A stretch of DNA of 64,000 nucleotides from an uncultured Actinomycetes bacterium (GCA_963742735.1 CAVUMN010000004.1:672001-736000), one strand, 5' to 3'; positions 36,332 through 46,901 are shown, counted from the stretch's first letter. Numbers and translations: made by a program. Notes: generated by a model not told the origin, from the letters alone.

Positions 36332-37821
36332 TCCGCAGACTTCGCGTCGGGTTCCGAGGCCCACACCGCGCGGTCGGCCGCCCACTCCCGCAGGGCGAGG
36401 ACGTCCTCGACCCGGGCTCGTGACAGCGGAACGGTCGAGGCGAGCTCGGCGTCGATCTCTGCGGTGGTGAGCTCGCCCCCTCCCGCGTAGGCGCGGTAGA
36501 GCGCCCCGACGATGGCCGCCTCGATCTCCGCGCCGGTGAACCCCTCGGACGCTCCGGCCAGCCGCTCCAGGTCGAAGTTCTCCGGGTCCCGGTGGCGGCC
36601 GTTCAGGTGCAGACGCAGGATGGCGCGGCGCTCCTCGGCGCTGGGGAGGTCGACGAAGAACACCTCGTCGAACCGGCCCTTGCGCAGCAGCTCCGGCGGC
36701 AGCGCGCGCACGTCGTTGCACGTGGCCGCGATGAAGACGCCGGGGGGCCGGTCCTGCATCCAGCGCAGGAACGTGCCGAGGACTCGGGTGCTCACGCCGC
36801 CGTCGCCTTCACCGCTGGTGGCGAAGCCCTTCTCGATCTCGTCGATCCACAGGACCACCGGGGCCATCGACTCGATCGACTCGAGGGCCTCGGCCAGGCG
36901 CTGCTCGGACTCGCCCACGTACTTGGCGTAGATGCGGGCCGGGTCGAGCAGGACCAGTGGGTGCCCCCACGTGCGGGCGAGGGTCTTCGCGACGAGCGAC
37001 TTCCCGCACCCGGGCACCCCGGTGATCAGGATCCCCCGGGGAGGCTCCAGCCCGAACCGCTCGGCCTCGGCCTCGAGGCCCTTGCCGCGCAGGCGGAGCC
37101 ACGCCTTCAGCCCCTCCATGCCGCCGACGTTGTCGAGCGTCCCCAGGTCGGCCTCCACGAGCTCCAGGACGCCGCTCGACTCCACCCGCTCGGCCTTCGC
37201 CTCGCGGACGAACGCGATGTCCTCGGGGGTGAGGGCGCCGTCGCGGGTCGCGGCCTGCTCGAGCAATCGCTCGGCCTCGGTGAGGGAGAGCCCGCGAAGG
37301 GCCCCGGCCATCGATCCGATCGCGCCGTCGTCCAGGGTCACCGGGGTGCCGCGGGCCCGGAAGTTCTCCAGGCCGCGCCGGACCAGCTGCTCGATCTCGG
37401 CGTGGCCCGGGGGGTCGAGCTTCCAGGGCAGCGCGAGCCCGGTCAGCTCCGGCGGGACCGTCCGGTCCGGCCCGGTGAGGATCACGGTCCGGCCCGGGGC
37501 CGCCGCCTGCGCGAACTCCTTGATCCGCCGGAGCGCCACCGGGTCCTGGAGCACCGCGCCGGCGTCGGCGAACACGAACACGCCGGGCCCGCTGAGCTCG
37601 TCCATGAACTCGAACGCCTTCATGACGTTCACGGTGCCGTAGGTCGGCTCCCCGCCGTCGCGGCACAGGCCGCGGGTCACCGACCACATCCACAGCGGCA
37701 CGCCGAGCGTCCCCGCCGCCACCCGCAGGATCTGCAGGAACCGCTGCTCGTCGCGCATCTCCGCGATGACCAGCGGATACTTCGAGGCGAGGAGGATTCG
37801 GAGGTCCTCGGTCCCGTCCAT
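36295..37821 (-). CDS. AAA+ ATPase (Ycf46-like)
   Basis: From ATG 37821: degenerate N-terminal AAA module, [11 protein letters not shown], Walker A GVPGCGKS, Walker [30 protein letters not shown]. Confidence 0.9.
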   Translation of the reverse strand: MDGTEDLRILLASKYPLVIAEMRDEQRFLQILRVAAGTLGVPLWMWSVTRGLCRDGGEPTYGTVNVMKAFEFMDELSGPGVFVFADAGAVLQDPVALRRIKEFAQAAAPGRTVILTGPDRTVPPELTGLALPWKLDPPGHAEIEQLVRRGLENFRARGTPVTLDDGAIGSMAGALRGLSLTEAERLLEQAATRDGALTPEDIAFVREAKAERVESSGVLELVEADLGTLDNVGGMEGLKAWLRLRGKGLEAEAERFGLEPPRGILITGVPGCGKSLVAKTLARTWGHPLVLLDPARIYAKYVGESEQRLAEALESIESMAPVVLWIDEIEKGFATSGEGDGGVSTRVLGTFLRWMQDRPPGVFIAATCNDVRALPPELLRKGRFDEVFFVDLPSAEERRAILRLHLNGRHRDPENFDLERLAGASEGFTGAEIEAAIVGALYRAYAGGGELTTAEIDAELASTVPLSRARVEDVLALREWAADRAVWASEPDAKSADQPRRGKNPTRS

Positions 37822-37868
37822 GTGGCCCGGATTATCCCGCGCACACCGGCGCCGGCCGTGGTTGGTTC

Positions 37869-37894
37869 GTTTGGGCCGGTCCCAGAGCAGGTAG
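37869..37894 (+). promoter_or_regulatory. SigF/SigB-like promoter of the YihY gene
   Basis: GTTT-N16-AGGTAG, 11 nt before ATG 37906. Confidence 0.45.
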
Positions 37895-37905
37895 ACCAGG
37901 GTTCG

Positions 37906-38979
37906 ATGAAAGCGCTCATCGCCCGCATCGACGAGTACCAGCGGCGTCACCCCTGGCTGGGGTTTCCCCTCGCGGTCGCGAAGAAGTTCGGGGAGGACCG
38001 GGCGGGTCACCTGGCGGCGCTCATCGCGTACTACGCCTTCTTCTCGCTCTTCCCGCTGCTGATGGTGTTCACCGCGGTCCTGGCCTTCGTCCTGCGCGGC
38101 AACGACGAGCTGCAGAGCGCGATCCTGGACTCGGCGCTCACGCAGTTCCCGGTGATCGGCGAGCAGATCCGCACGAACATCGGGTCGGTGGCGGGCAGCG
38201 GGCTCGCCCTCGGCGTGGGGATCGCCACGGCGCTGTGGGCGGGCATGGGTGTCACCAACGCGCTGCAGGTGGCCCTCAACACCGTCTGGGACGTTCCGAT
38301 CCGCCGCCAGCCGAACTTCCTGATCGCACGGCTGCGGAGCCTGGCGATGCTGGGCGTGCTGGGTGTCATGACGGTGGGAGCGGCGATCCTGTCTGGGCTC
38401 GGTTCGGGGGAGGGGGCCATCGCCATCTCCCTGCGTGTCGTCGGAATCATCGGGGGGATCCTGGTCAATCTCGCGCTGTTCCTCCTGGCGTTCCGGATCC
38501 TCACCAACCGCAAGCTCTCGTGGCGGGACGTCTTCCCGGGCGCGGCGACGGCGGCCCTCGGCTGGGCGGCGCTGCAGCTCGTGGGGTCGTGGTACCTGAC
38601 CAACCAGCAGCGTGGGGCCGAGGCAACCTACGGCGAGTTCGCGTTCGTGATCGGGCTGCTGATCTGGCTCTACCTGGGATCGCAGCTGACGATGTACGCG
38701 GCGGAGATCAACGTCGTCCGCGTGGAGCGCCTCTCGCCCCGTGGCCTGCGCAAGGAGCCGATGACCGAAGCGGACCGTCGCGCGCTCCGCCGCCACGCCA
38801 GGATGGAGGAGCGCCGAGAGGACGAAGACGTCGACGTGAGCTTCGACGGATCCGACCCCGAGGGCCCGTCCTCGGCGCGGGCGGTCCGGCGCGCGCGGGA
38901 GGCCCTGGACGAGGCCACCGAGGCCGTGGAGGACGCCCGGGCCGCCGTCGAACGCGACGGCAAGGACGATCGCGGCTAG
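37906..38979 (+). CDS. YihY/BrkB family membrane protein
   Basis: KFGEDR...LAALIAYYAFFSLFPLL, ALNTVW, PGA, YG.F..VIGLLIWLYL, AEIN. Confidence 0.92.
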   Translation: MKALIARIDEYQRRHPWLGFPLAVAKKFGEDRAGHLAALIAYYAFFSLFPLLMVFTAVLAFVLRGNDELQSAILDSALTQFPVIGEQIRTNIGSVAGSGLALGVGIATALWAGMGVTNALQVALNTVWDVPIRRQPNFLIARLRSLAMLGVLGVMTVGAAILSGLGSGEGAIAISLRVVGIIGGILVNLALFLLAFRILTNRKLSWRDVFPGAATAALGWAALQLVGSWYLTNQQRGAEATYGEFAFVIGLLIWLYLGSQLTMYAAEINVVRVERLSPRGLRKEPMTEADRRALRRHARMEERREDEDVDVSFDGSDPEGPSSARAVRRAREALDEATEAVEDARAAVERDGKDDRG

Positions 38980-38984
38980 TTCGC

Positions 38985-39010
38985 GATTGCCGGGTGTTCA
39001 CAACGGGAAC
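38985..39010 (+). promoter_or_regulatory. SigF/SigB-like promoter of the hemerythrin gene pair
   Basis: GATT-N16-GGGAAC; shares ACGGGAACAACC with the topo IB promoter; AGGAGG RBS downstream. Confidence 0.55.
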
Positions 39011-39041
39011 AACCCCTGCGTCAGCCGACGAGGAGGCCGGA

Positions 39042-39533
39042 ATGGACGCGATCACGCTGCTGAAGGAAGACCACCAGAAGGCTCGCAAGCTGTTCGCGGA
39101 CTTCGAGGGACTGGGAGACACCGCCTACAAGACCAAGCGCGAGGTCGTGGACAGGATCATCGAGGAGCTCACGGTCCACGCGTACATCGAGGAGCAGTTC
39201 TTCTACCCGGCCGCCCGGGAGCTGGAGGCCAAGGACGGCGGCGAGGAGCCGGAGGAGCTCGTCAAGGAGGCCGAGGAGGAGCACGCGCAGGTGAAGACTC
39301 TCCTGGCCGAGCTGGAGGGCATGAGCCCGGAGGACGAGTACTTCGACGCCAAGGTGACGGTGGTCATCGACAACGTCCGCCATCACGCCGAGGAGGAAGA
39401 GGAGGAGATGTTCCCCAAGGTGCGGGACGCCATGGGCCGCAACGACCTTCAGGCGCTGGGGGAGCGGATGGAGGGGGCCAAGCAGGCGGCGCCCAGGCTG
39501 CCCTCCGAGGAGGCACGAAAGGGGGCGGCGTGA
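39042..39533 (+). CDS. Hemerythrin-like (HHE) domain protein
   Basis: MDAITLLKEDH, HAYIEEQFFYP, EEH, HHAEEEEEEMFP; AGGAGG RBS. Confidence 0.92.
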   Translation: MDAITLLKEDHQKARKLFADFEGLGDTAYKTKREVVDRIIEELTVHAYIEEQFFYPAARELEAKDGGEEPEELVKEAEEEHAQVKTLLAELEGMSPEDEYFDAKVTVVIDNVRHHAEEEEEEMFPKVRDAMGRNDLQALGERMEGAKQAAPRLPSEEARKGAA

Positions 39534-40066
39534 TGGCCGCCCGGTCGGTTCGCCGCGTCGCGGCCGTCTTCCGTCACCGGGCGCAGGCCGAGCGCGCCGC
39601 GCAGTCGCTCGAGCGGCTCCGCCTGGGCGACGACATCCAGGTGACCCTGGAGGACCGCCGCATGACCGACGATCCGCCGGACGAGCCGCCGGCGGCCGTG
39701 GAGGACTTCGAGTACGAGCGGGACCGGGAGGTGGTCGGGCACGTCTTTCGAACCACCGCGACGCTCTCGATCCTCTACGCGATCGGCGGGGCGCTGGTCG
39801 GTGGCGGGGCCGGCTGGGCCATCTGGGGCTGGTCCACCACCGGCTTCTGGATCGCCCTCGTCGTCGGCGCCGTCACCGGCACCGTCCTCGGGGCCATGCA
39901 GGGTGGCATTTCGGCGGCGATGGACGAATCCGAGAAGGAGGAGGGCACGGTGCTGATCGCCGAGACGCGCGACCCGCGCAGCGCGCGGTTCGTCGAGGAG
40001 GCCCTGCAACGCCACGGGCCGGCGAGGATCGACACGTCCGGGGCCCGCGGGAGGCTGGCCGGCTAG
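39533..40066 (+). CDS. Hypothetical membrane protein, general-stress-protein-like
   Basis: VAAVF....AE.A...L N-terminus, Gly-rich 2-TM hairpin, C-terminal LQRHG; coupled to the hemerythrin gene. Confidence 0.6.
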   Translation: MAARSVRRVAAVFRHRAQAERAAQSLERLRLGDDIQVTLEDRRMTDDPPDEPPAAVEDFEYERDREVVGHVFRTTATLSILYAIGGALVGGGAGWAIWGWSTTGFWIALVVGAVTGTVLGAMQGGISAAMDESEKEEGTVLIAETRDPRSARFVEEALQRHGPARIDTSGARGRLAG

Positions 40067-40072
40067 CGGCGC

Positions 40073-41302
40073 TCAGTCGCCGAAGAGCTCGACCGTGACG
40101 TCCGTCCCGGCGGCCAGCCCACCGGGGGGGATCATCGCGAAGCCGTCCGCCTCGAAGGCGTGGGACAGCGCCTGGCTGGAACGGCTGGGCACGGGCGCCG
40201 CCTCGTGTCCGTCCAGGACGACCGGGCAGTAGAAGGTTCGCACCGGGTCACCCGCCACCGCGTCCGTCAGCACCCCGGGCACGCTCCGCGACTCGGGGGA
40301 GCGGCCGGCCAGCCGGCGCAGGGCCGGCGCCACGAACACGTGCGCGCAGGCGAGCACGCTCCCGGGGTTCCCGGGGAGCCCGAGGACGGGCGTGCCCCGA
40401 ATCGTTCCGAACAACACCGGCTTGCCCGGCCGCATGGCGACCTTCCACAGGTCCACCTCGCCGGTGCGCGCGAGAACGGCGCGGACCCAGTCGTGCTCCC
40501 CGACCGACGCACCACCGCTCGTCACCAGGAGGTCGGCGGTGTCCGCGCTCGCCGCGAACCAGGCCTCGATCGCCCCCGGGTCGTCCCCGACCAGATCGGA
40601 TCCCGTGACCTCCCCCCCGGCCTGGGCGCACAGCGCCGCGAGCAGGGTGCCGTTCGCGTCGTGCACCTGTCCGGGCCCCGGCGGCCACCCCGGCGGCACC
40701 AGCTCGTCGCCGGTGGACAGGATCGCGACGCGCGGGCGGGGGACCACCGAGGCTTCGTCCCGGCCGAGCAGCGCGAGCACGGCGACGTGGGCGGGGCGCA
40801 GCCGCGTGCCCGACTCGGCCACGAGCGTGCCCGCGCGCAGGTCCTCGCCGGCCGGGCGGACGTGGCGTCCGGCGGCTGCCGGCACGCGCACGGCGACGGT
40901 GCCCGCGCCGGTCCCGGGGTCGGTGTCCTCCCAGGGGACCACGGCGTCGGCCCCCGGAGGCACCGGCGCGCCGGTCATGATCTTCGACGCGGTCCCGGGC
41001 TCGACCGCCCCGCCGGTCGTGCCCGCGGGGACGTCGCCGGCGACCGTCAGGACCGTCGGGCGCTCGGCCGAGGCCCCCGCGACGTCGTCCGCCCGCACCG
41101 CGTACCCGTCCATGGCCGAGTTCGCGAACGCGGGGACGTCGCGGTCGGCCACCACGTCCTCGCCGAGGACCAGCCCGGCGCAGTCCGCGAGCCGCATCCG
41201 CCGCGGCGCGAGCGGTTCGAGGGCGGCGAGGACGCGCGCCACCGCCTCGGCGGGCGGAAGCAGGGGCTGGGCGAGCTCCTCCGGGGTGACCTCTCGACGC
41301 AC
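40073..41302 (-). CDS. moeA: Molybdopterin molybdotransferase
   Basis: PAFANSAMDGYAV, IMTGAPVP.GADAVV, GED, STGDEL, TSGGASVG..D, MRPGKP, GLPGNP; TAGCAT 7 nt before the GTG. Confidence 0.95.
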   Translation of the reverse strand: MRREVTPEELAQPLLPPAEAVARVLAALEPLAPRRMRLADCAGLVLGEDVVADRDVPAFANSAMDGYAVRADDVAGASAERPTVLTVAGDVPAGTTGGAVEPGTASKIMTGAPVPPGADAVVPWEDTDPGTGAGTVAVRVPAAAGRHVRPAGEDLRAGTLVAESGTRLRPAHVAVLALLGRDEASVVPRPRVAILSTGDELVPPGWPPGPGQVHDANGTLLAALCAQAGGEVTGSDLVGDDPGAIEAWFAASADTADLLVTSGGASVGEHDWVRAVLARTGEVDLWKVAMRPGKPVLFGTIRGTPVLGLPGNPGSVLACAHVFVAPALRRLAGRSPESRSVPGVLTDAVAGDPVRTFYCPVVLDGHEAAPVPSRSSQALSHAFEADGFAMIPPGGLAAGTDVTVELFGD

Positions 41303-41312
41303 GACCGCGATG

Positions 41313-43913
41313 CTACTCGCGGGTGATCGTGACCTCGGACTCCATCACGGCGAGCGCCTCGTCCAACGTCGTGGGCATGGGCTTGTACCGCCACTCCAGG
41401 TACAGGGCGAGCTGGTCCTCGTAGTGCGCGGCCTCCTGCCCGAGCAGGTTCACGAACCCGCTCTGCCCCGGCGGGATCACGCTGCCCGCGCTCGACGCGC
41501 TCCGCCCGAGCGGACCCGAACGCCTCGGCGGGCTCAGGTACAGGACGACGTGGCCGTACGTTCCGCGGTCCATCTCGATGAGGTCCTGGACGTCGCCCGG
41601 CGTCCCCAGGTCGTCGGAGTTGTCCAGCCCCGCCTGGGCGAAGACCGTGTCGGCGAACAGGTCGGCGTTGAGGCGCTGGTAGTGCTCCTCCGCCACGGCC
41701 TGCCGCCAGGTCTCCGGCTCCTCGTTCTCGAACTCCGCGGCCAGCGAGGCGACGGCGGCCTCGAACGCCTCGGCCGCGAGCGTCCTCGCCGGCGTGGCCC
41801 CCAGCCACTCGAACCCCTGGGCCAGGCGGTCCTTCGTGGACGAGCAGATGCCACAGCAGGGTCTCGCTCGCCTGGCCGGCCTGGTCGCCGAGGTCGTCGG
41901 CGAAGGCCTGCGTCCGCATCGTGGCCACCCACCGATCCAGGATGGTCTTGCCGGCGTCGTACAGGCCGTCCTCGTCGAGGTCCGTCAGGAACCCGTCCCA
42001 CCCGCGGAGCACCGCCGCGGCGGACCTCCCCAGGTCGGTCTCGAGGGCCGAGTCCGCGTGGGAGGAAGGGGCGGAAGAACGCGTCGCGGTGGTGCCGGAA
42101 CGCGCGCGTACTTGAGGTTGTCCACCAGATCGTCGTGGTCGACCTGCTTGTCGGCGTTGATGTCGCCTCCCGTGAGCGGGTCGACGAGCTGCCGCCCGCC
42201 CGGGTCGAGGGCGTTCTCCAGGTCCTGGGCGTTGTCGACCACCGAGTAGGCGCGCTCGCGCTTCCAGCCGAGCGCCGGCTGGTTGTTCCAGTTCGCCAGC
42301 CACGAGCGCTTGAAGTTCACGGCGTGGGGGACCCGCTGGATGGGCAGGAGGCCCTTCCACTCCGAGCCGCCCCGCCCGTCCTGGGGCAGGCGGAGGTCGA
42401 CGCCCTTCGCGCGGACCGGGTGGTTGCCCGGGTGCCAGTACCCGAAGTTCCCCTTGTCGTCCGTGTAGAACATGTTGTGGTTGGAGGAGAGGTAGTTCAC
42501 GTACGTGGCGTAGTCCTGGAGGCTCCTCGACTGGTTGTAGCGGAAGAACCCCTCGACGGTCTGCTGCTCGCGGTTGAACCAGGCGTACCGGATCGAGTAC
42601 GCGACGTCGTTCTCCAGGTCGAAGCCGACGACCGGGCCGTGGCGGGTCCGGCAGATCTCGGACTCGTCGAACGGCACGCCGCGGAGCGAGAACGTCTCGG
42701 TCCGGCAGTCCATGTCCTCGTACGTCCCGTTGAACAGGTACTGCCGGTCGTTGTCGGGGTTCAGCTGCTCGACGTAGGTGTCGGTGAGGTCCGACGCGCC
42801 GGTGGTCGTCGTCCAGGCGAAGCCCCTGCCCCGGCCGATCAGGACCGCGGGGCCGGCACCGGCGAAGGTCATGCCGGTCGCGTCGAGCTTCCCGTCGGCG
42901 CTGTGCAGGCCGAAGTCGGCCAGCCACTGGGGGAGGAGATATCCGACCTGCGGCCCGCCGGTCTGTGAGGCGTTGCCGGCCTCGGACATGCGCGGCCCCG
43001 CGATCTGCGCGTTGGACCCGAAGCTGAACATGGTGTGCAGCGCGGCCCACAGCTTCTCGAGCGGCTCGAACGCCTTCAGGGCCTTCACGGGGTCGGGGAT
43101 CAGCGCCAGCTGCTCCAACGTGCCCCGGGCGCCCGGACCGGCCTCGGGGGCCGGACCCGCGATCGTGACGGGGCCCAGCCCGAGGCGGGCGTCGTCCTCG
43201 AGGACGCGCTTGGACTGCGCCTCCGCGATCCGCGCGTGCGTCGGGAACCGCTGGTACCGGTAGTCGCGGGGGATGGAGATCGGGCCGTCCGGTTCCTCGG
43301 TGACGACCAGGTCGTTGAACATCCGCAGGCCCTTGCCCGGGCCGTGACGGTCGACGAGCGTCGCGAGCAGGCTCGCGTAGGAGACCTCGTTCCCGCCGCC
43401 CGAGCCGAACGACAGGATCAGGACGTCGCCCAGGGCGACGCTGTCGGTGACGGTCCACTCCCGGATCACGGGCTCCCCGTACTCGACGAACTCGAAGGGG
43501 AGGAGCGATCGGGTCGGCCTGGGCCTGGGCGATCCACGCGTTGATGCCGTCGGCGAACGCCTGCAGGTTGTCGCGGATGTCCTTGGGATAGCGCGTTGTA
43601 GCGGGCGACGCGCTCCTCCTCGGTGTAGGTGAAGAACCGGACCTCCTTGTCGATGTCGACCACCAGGGGACCCAGCAGGTGCGGAGAGCTCGCCCCTGCC
43701 GATCAGGCGGAACACGTGCATCTGCCACAGACGATCCTGGGCCAGGGCGTAGCCCGCGCCGTAGGAGACGTCGGTGGCGGTCGCGCCGAACACGTGGGGG
43801 ACACCGAACGCGTCGCGGACGATCCGGATCTCCGAGGCGGCGCGCGCGGGGGTCGCCGGCGCGAGCGTGGCGGCGACCAGCGTGACCAGGATGACGGCGA
43901 GGCTGCGGCGCAT
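41313..43913 (-). CDS. Secreted penicillin acylase family (Ntn) amidase, about six +1 frameshifts
   Basis: Signal peptide; IVRDAFGVPH, GYALAQDRLWQM, beta-chain start GSNA, RTRHGPV, NMFYTD..GN, NWNNQP; shifts near 43683, 43592, 43507, 42105, 42060 and 41840 rebuild about 864 aa; error or pseudogene unresolved. Confidence 0.85.
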
Positions 43914-43952
43914 GGGTCCCCTCCTCGGGCGCGAACGGGGCTCGCTGTCGGA

Positions 43953-44009
43953 TTCGTCCTCGGGGGCCCGGCCTCCTGCCCGGGAGGAACGCGGCCGTCC
44001 GCCACCGAA
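43953..44009. promoter_or_regulatory. Back-to-back AGGA-N17-CGAA motifs (putative alternative-sigma promoters)
   Basis: Minus strand AGGA 43977-43974 with CGAA 43956-43953; plus strand AGGA 43985-43988 with CGAA 44006-44009. Confidence 0.45.
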
Positions 44010-44020
44010 CCCTCTGCCGC

Positions 44021-45817
44021 ATGACCCGTGCCCGCGTCCGTCGCCTGGCGCCGGTGGCCGCGATCCTGGCCGTGGCCGTGCTCGCCGCTCCCGCCGGCGG
44101 CGCGCCTCGACGGCGCGCGCCGAGGACCTATCCGCTTCGCCCCGTGACGCAGCCGGTCTACCAGGCCCTGGCGGATGAGCTCGTCCAGGTCCCGACCCGC
44201 GGAGGGGCGGTGTTCGTGCGGATCGTCCGGCCCGCCGTGCCGGCCGGGGTGCGGGTGCCGGTTATCCTCACGCTCACCCCGTACTCGACGGGGACCGGCT
44301 CCGCGGCCGACGGGCTCGCCGAGTTCTTCGTGCCGCGTGGGTACGCGCGCGCGGTGGCCGACGTCCCGGGGACCGGCCAGTCCGGGGGGTGCTGGGACTA
44401 CGGCGGCTCCCTGGAGCGTTTCGCCGGGTACGACCTGGTCGAGTGGCTTGGGACCCGGCCCTGGTCCAACGGCAAGGTCGGGATGATCGGCGGCTCCTAC
44501 GACGGCACCACCGCCAACATGGTCGCCGCCGACAACGCGCCGCACCTCGCGACGATCGTGCCCGAGGTCGCGATCATGCGGTGGTACGGGTACGCGTACC
44601 ACGACGGCGTTCGCTACTTCGTGATGGATCCGGGCCAGCGCCAGGGTGCGGTCATCGATGAGCAGGGGTTCGACACGCCGATCGGCTTCGACCTGGGGTT
44701 CGGCCTGGCCCCGCCGACCGACCCCGAGCATCCGGCGTGGCCCGATCGGATCGCCGCGCGGCTGTGTCCCGACGTGAAGGCGCGGCACCTGGAGCGCGCC
44801 TACGCCTTCGACTCGGACTACGACGCCTTCTGGCTGGAGCGCGACTACCTGAAGGACGTGGGCCGTCTCGCGATCCCCGACGGGATCGAGATCCCGGTCC
44901 TCGTGGTGGGCGGCTGGCAGGACTACAACGTGAAGCACTCGGAGTCGAGTCGCTGGTTCACGGCGATCCCGGCGGACGACCGCCTGACCCGGGCCGACGA
45001 GGGCGTCCCCATGAAGATGCTCCTGATGGACCAGGTCAGCCACGGCCTCCCGGTCCACGACGAGATCCCGTTCGAGAAGATCCTGCACGCCTGGTTCGAC
45101 CGGTACCTGCTCGGCCATCTGACGAACATCGCCCGCCAGCCGCGGTCGATGTCGGTGACCCAGGAGGGGACGCTTCGGGTCGACGCCACCTGGCCGCCGC
45201 CCGGCACCGCGGACGGCCCGCTGTACCTGGCTCCCGGCGGAGCCCTGACCTCGGACGCCCCGGACGCTCCGGGACCCCTGGCTGCCTACGCGGACGTCCC
45301 GCTGATGACGGAGTCGCTGGCCCTGGCCATGAAGGGCGGCGACACGATGGCGTGGTTCGAGAGCGAACCCCTCACGCGGGAGCTTCGGATCGCGGGGGTG
45401 CCGCGCCTGGACCTGCTCGCGTCGTCCTCGGACGTGTCCACCCACTACACGCCCGTGCTGTTCGACCTGGGTCCGCCGGCCAATCCGGAGGCCGCCCAGT
45501 GCGTCTTCGTCCCGCCGCAGGACGCGTGCGTGATCTCCCGGGGGTTCCTGAACTCACGGTATCGCCGGGGCCTCGACCAGAACGAGGACCTCGAGCCCGA
45601 CGAGCTCTACCGGGCGCCGATCCGGTTCATCGACAACGACTGGGTGATCCCGGCGGGACACCGGATCGGCGTGGCGGTCATGTCCTCGAACCTGTGGTGG
45701 GCCGTCCCCGACGACGTTCGCTCGACGAACGCGCTGTTCACCCACCCGGACTCGCCCTCGGTCCTGGTGCTACCGGTGGTGGGCGGCCCGGCCGCCCTGA
45801 CGGCGGCCGGGCTCTGA
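44021..45817 (+). CDS. Secreted CocE/NonD (S15-like) hydrolase
   Basis: Signal peptide; PVILTLTPY, RGYA...DVPGTGQSGG, WSNGKVGMIGGSYDG, GGWQDYNV, C-terminal GHRIGV. Confidence 0.88.
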   Translation: MTRARVRRLAPVAAILAVAVLAAPAGGAPRRRAPRTYPLRPVTQPVYQALADELVQVPTRGGAVFVRIVRPAVPAGVRVPVILTLTPYSTGTGSAADGLAEFFVPRGYARAVADVPGTGQSGGCWDYGGSLERFAGYDLVEWLGTRPWSNGKVGMIGGSYDGTTANMVAADNAPHLATIVPEVAIMRWYGYAYHDGVRYFVMDPGQRQGAVIDEQGFDTPIGFDLGFGLAPPTDPEHPAWPDRIAARLCPDVKARHLERAYAFDSDYDAFWLERDYLKDVGRLAIPDGIEIPVLVVGGWQDYNVKHSESSRWFTAIPADDRLTRADEGVPMKMLLMDQVSHGLPVHDEIPFEKILHAWFDRYLLGHLTNIARQPRSMSVTQEGTLRVDATWPPPGTADGPLYLAPGGALTSDAPDAPGPLAAYADVPLMTESLALAMKGGDTMAWFESEPLTRELRIAGVPRLDLLASSSDVSTHYTPVLFDLGPPANPEAAQCVFVPPQDACVISRGFLNSRYRRGLDQNEDLEPDELYRAPIRFIDNDWVIPAGHRIGVAVMSSNLWWAVPDDVRSTNALFTHPDSPSVLVLPVVGGPAALTAAGL

Positions 45818-45824
45818 CCCAGCC

Positions 45825-46682
45825 TTAGAGCGTCCCCGCCGTGACCAGCGTGTAGCCCACGCCGGTCACCTGCGAGGCCCGGGCGATCTGGGGTCCGACG
45901 CGAGTGATCCCGACCAGGCCGGCGTCCACGCCGCCCGTCCCGAGAGACGCGAGGTGGAGACCGGTGGTGACGACGATCCCCACCGCGCGACCGTCGGCCG
46001 AGGTCACCGCGCTCCCGGAGTCGCCCGGCACGACCAGCCCGAGCGCATACACATGGTCGGGGTCGGGCATCCCCAGGGCCAGCGCGGAACGCGCCGGCAC
46101 CAGCGAGCCGATCCCCAAGCCGTTGCCGAAGTACTGCAGGGTCGTCGTCGCCGATCCCTGGTCGCCGTTGATCCCGGTGGGCCCGCCGAAGTGGCACATC
46201 TGCGGGTTCACCGGCACGCCGGCATCGACGCGGATGAGCGACATGTCCTTCGGGTCCCCCAGGACGGCGTACGCGAACTCGCCGATCCGGTTCCCCTGCC
46301 CGTCGCGGGCCACGGGGCCGGTGCCCGGCGCCCACGAGGACTCGCCGTCGCCGTCGAGGATGCAGTGCCCCGCCGTCCCGATGTAGGTCCGTCCGTCGGA
46401 GCCGGCGTAGACGAAGTTGAACGTGCACTGCCCGACGTCGCTGTTCACGATCGCGCCGGGCCGGACCCCCGGACACGATCCGACGCCCACCGGCGCCGCG
46501 GTGCGAACCGTCGGCACCTCGATGAGGCGGCACGCCTCACCGCCCAGCGTCCAGCTCCCTGCGCTCGATCCGAGTCCGAGCCCACCGAGTGGGCCGGCGC
46601 TCGCGGGCGCGCCGAGGGAAAGCAGGACCACGGTCAGAGCGCACAGGACGAACGCCGTGCGCGAGAGACGTGGAGTCCTCAT
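45825..46682 (-). CDS. Secreted chymotrypsin-like (S1) serine protease
   Basis: From ATG 46682 (GGGAGG RBS): signal peptide, CTFNF, GTAGHC, DMSLI, PGDSGS. Confidence 0.85.
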   Translation of the reverse strand: MRTPRLSRTAFVLCALTVVLLSLGAPASAGPLGGLGLGSSAGSWTLGGEACRLIEVPTVRTAAPVGVGSCPGVRPGAIVNSDVGQCTFNFVYAGSDGRTYIGTAGHCILDGDGESSWAPGTGPVARDGQGNRIGEFAYAVLGDPKDMSLIRVDAGVPVNPQMCHFGGPTGINGDQGSATTTLQYFGNGLGIGSLVPARSALALGMPDPDHVYALGLVVPGDSGSAVTSADGRAVGIVVTTGLHLASLGTGGVDAGLVGITRVGPQIARASQVTGVGYTLVTAGTL

Positions 46683-46901
46683 GAACCACCTCCCATGCAG
46701 CAAGGTCCCGGGGCGTGCCGGGACAGCCAAGGGGCACTCGGGCTTGCCCTGTTCTACCTCGATTGCCGGGTTTGAAACATGGGGTCGGCGCAAAGTCGTC
46801 CGATGAGCACCGGAACGTGGGGGTTCGTCGGTTTCGTGCCGTCTTCTGGTGGTTGGGCGACCCACCATGGCACGCCCCGGTCGTGGGATCATGCGGCGGC
46901 G

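Noticed and set aside
36295-37821. AAA ATPase as part of an anti-phage or contractile injection system
   Set aside because: No nuclease, effector or tail-like genes nearby; fits a stand-alone Ycf46-like ATPase
46720-46760. c-di-GMP-I riboswitch (CAGGGCAAGCC on the minus strand)
   Set aside because: Lacks the GNRA-capped P2 and the GACGCAAAG / P3 elements
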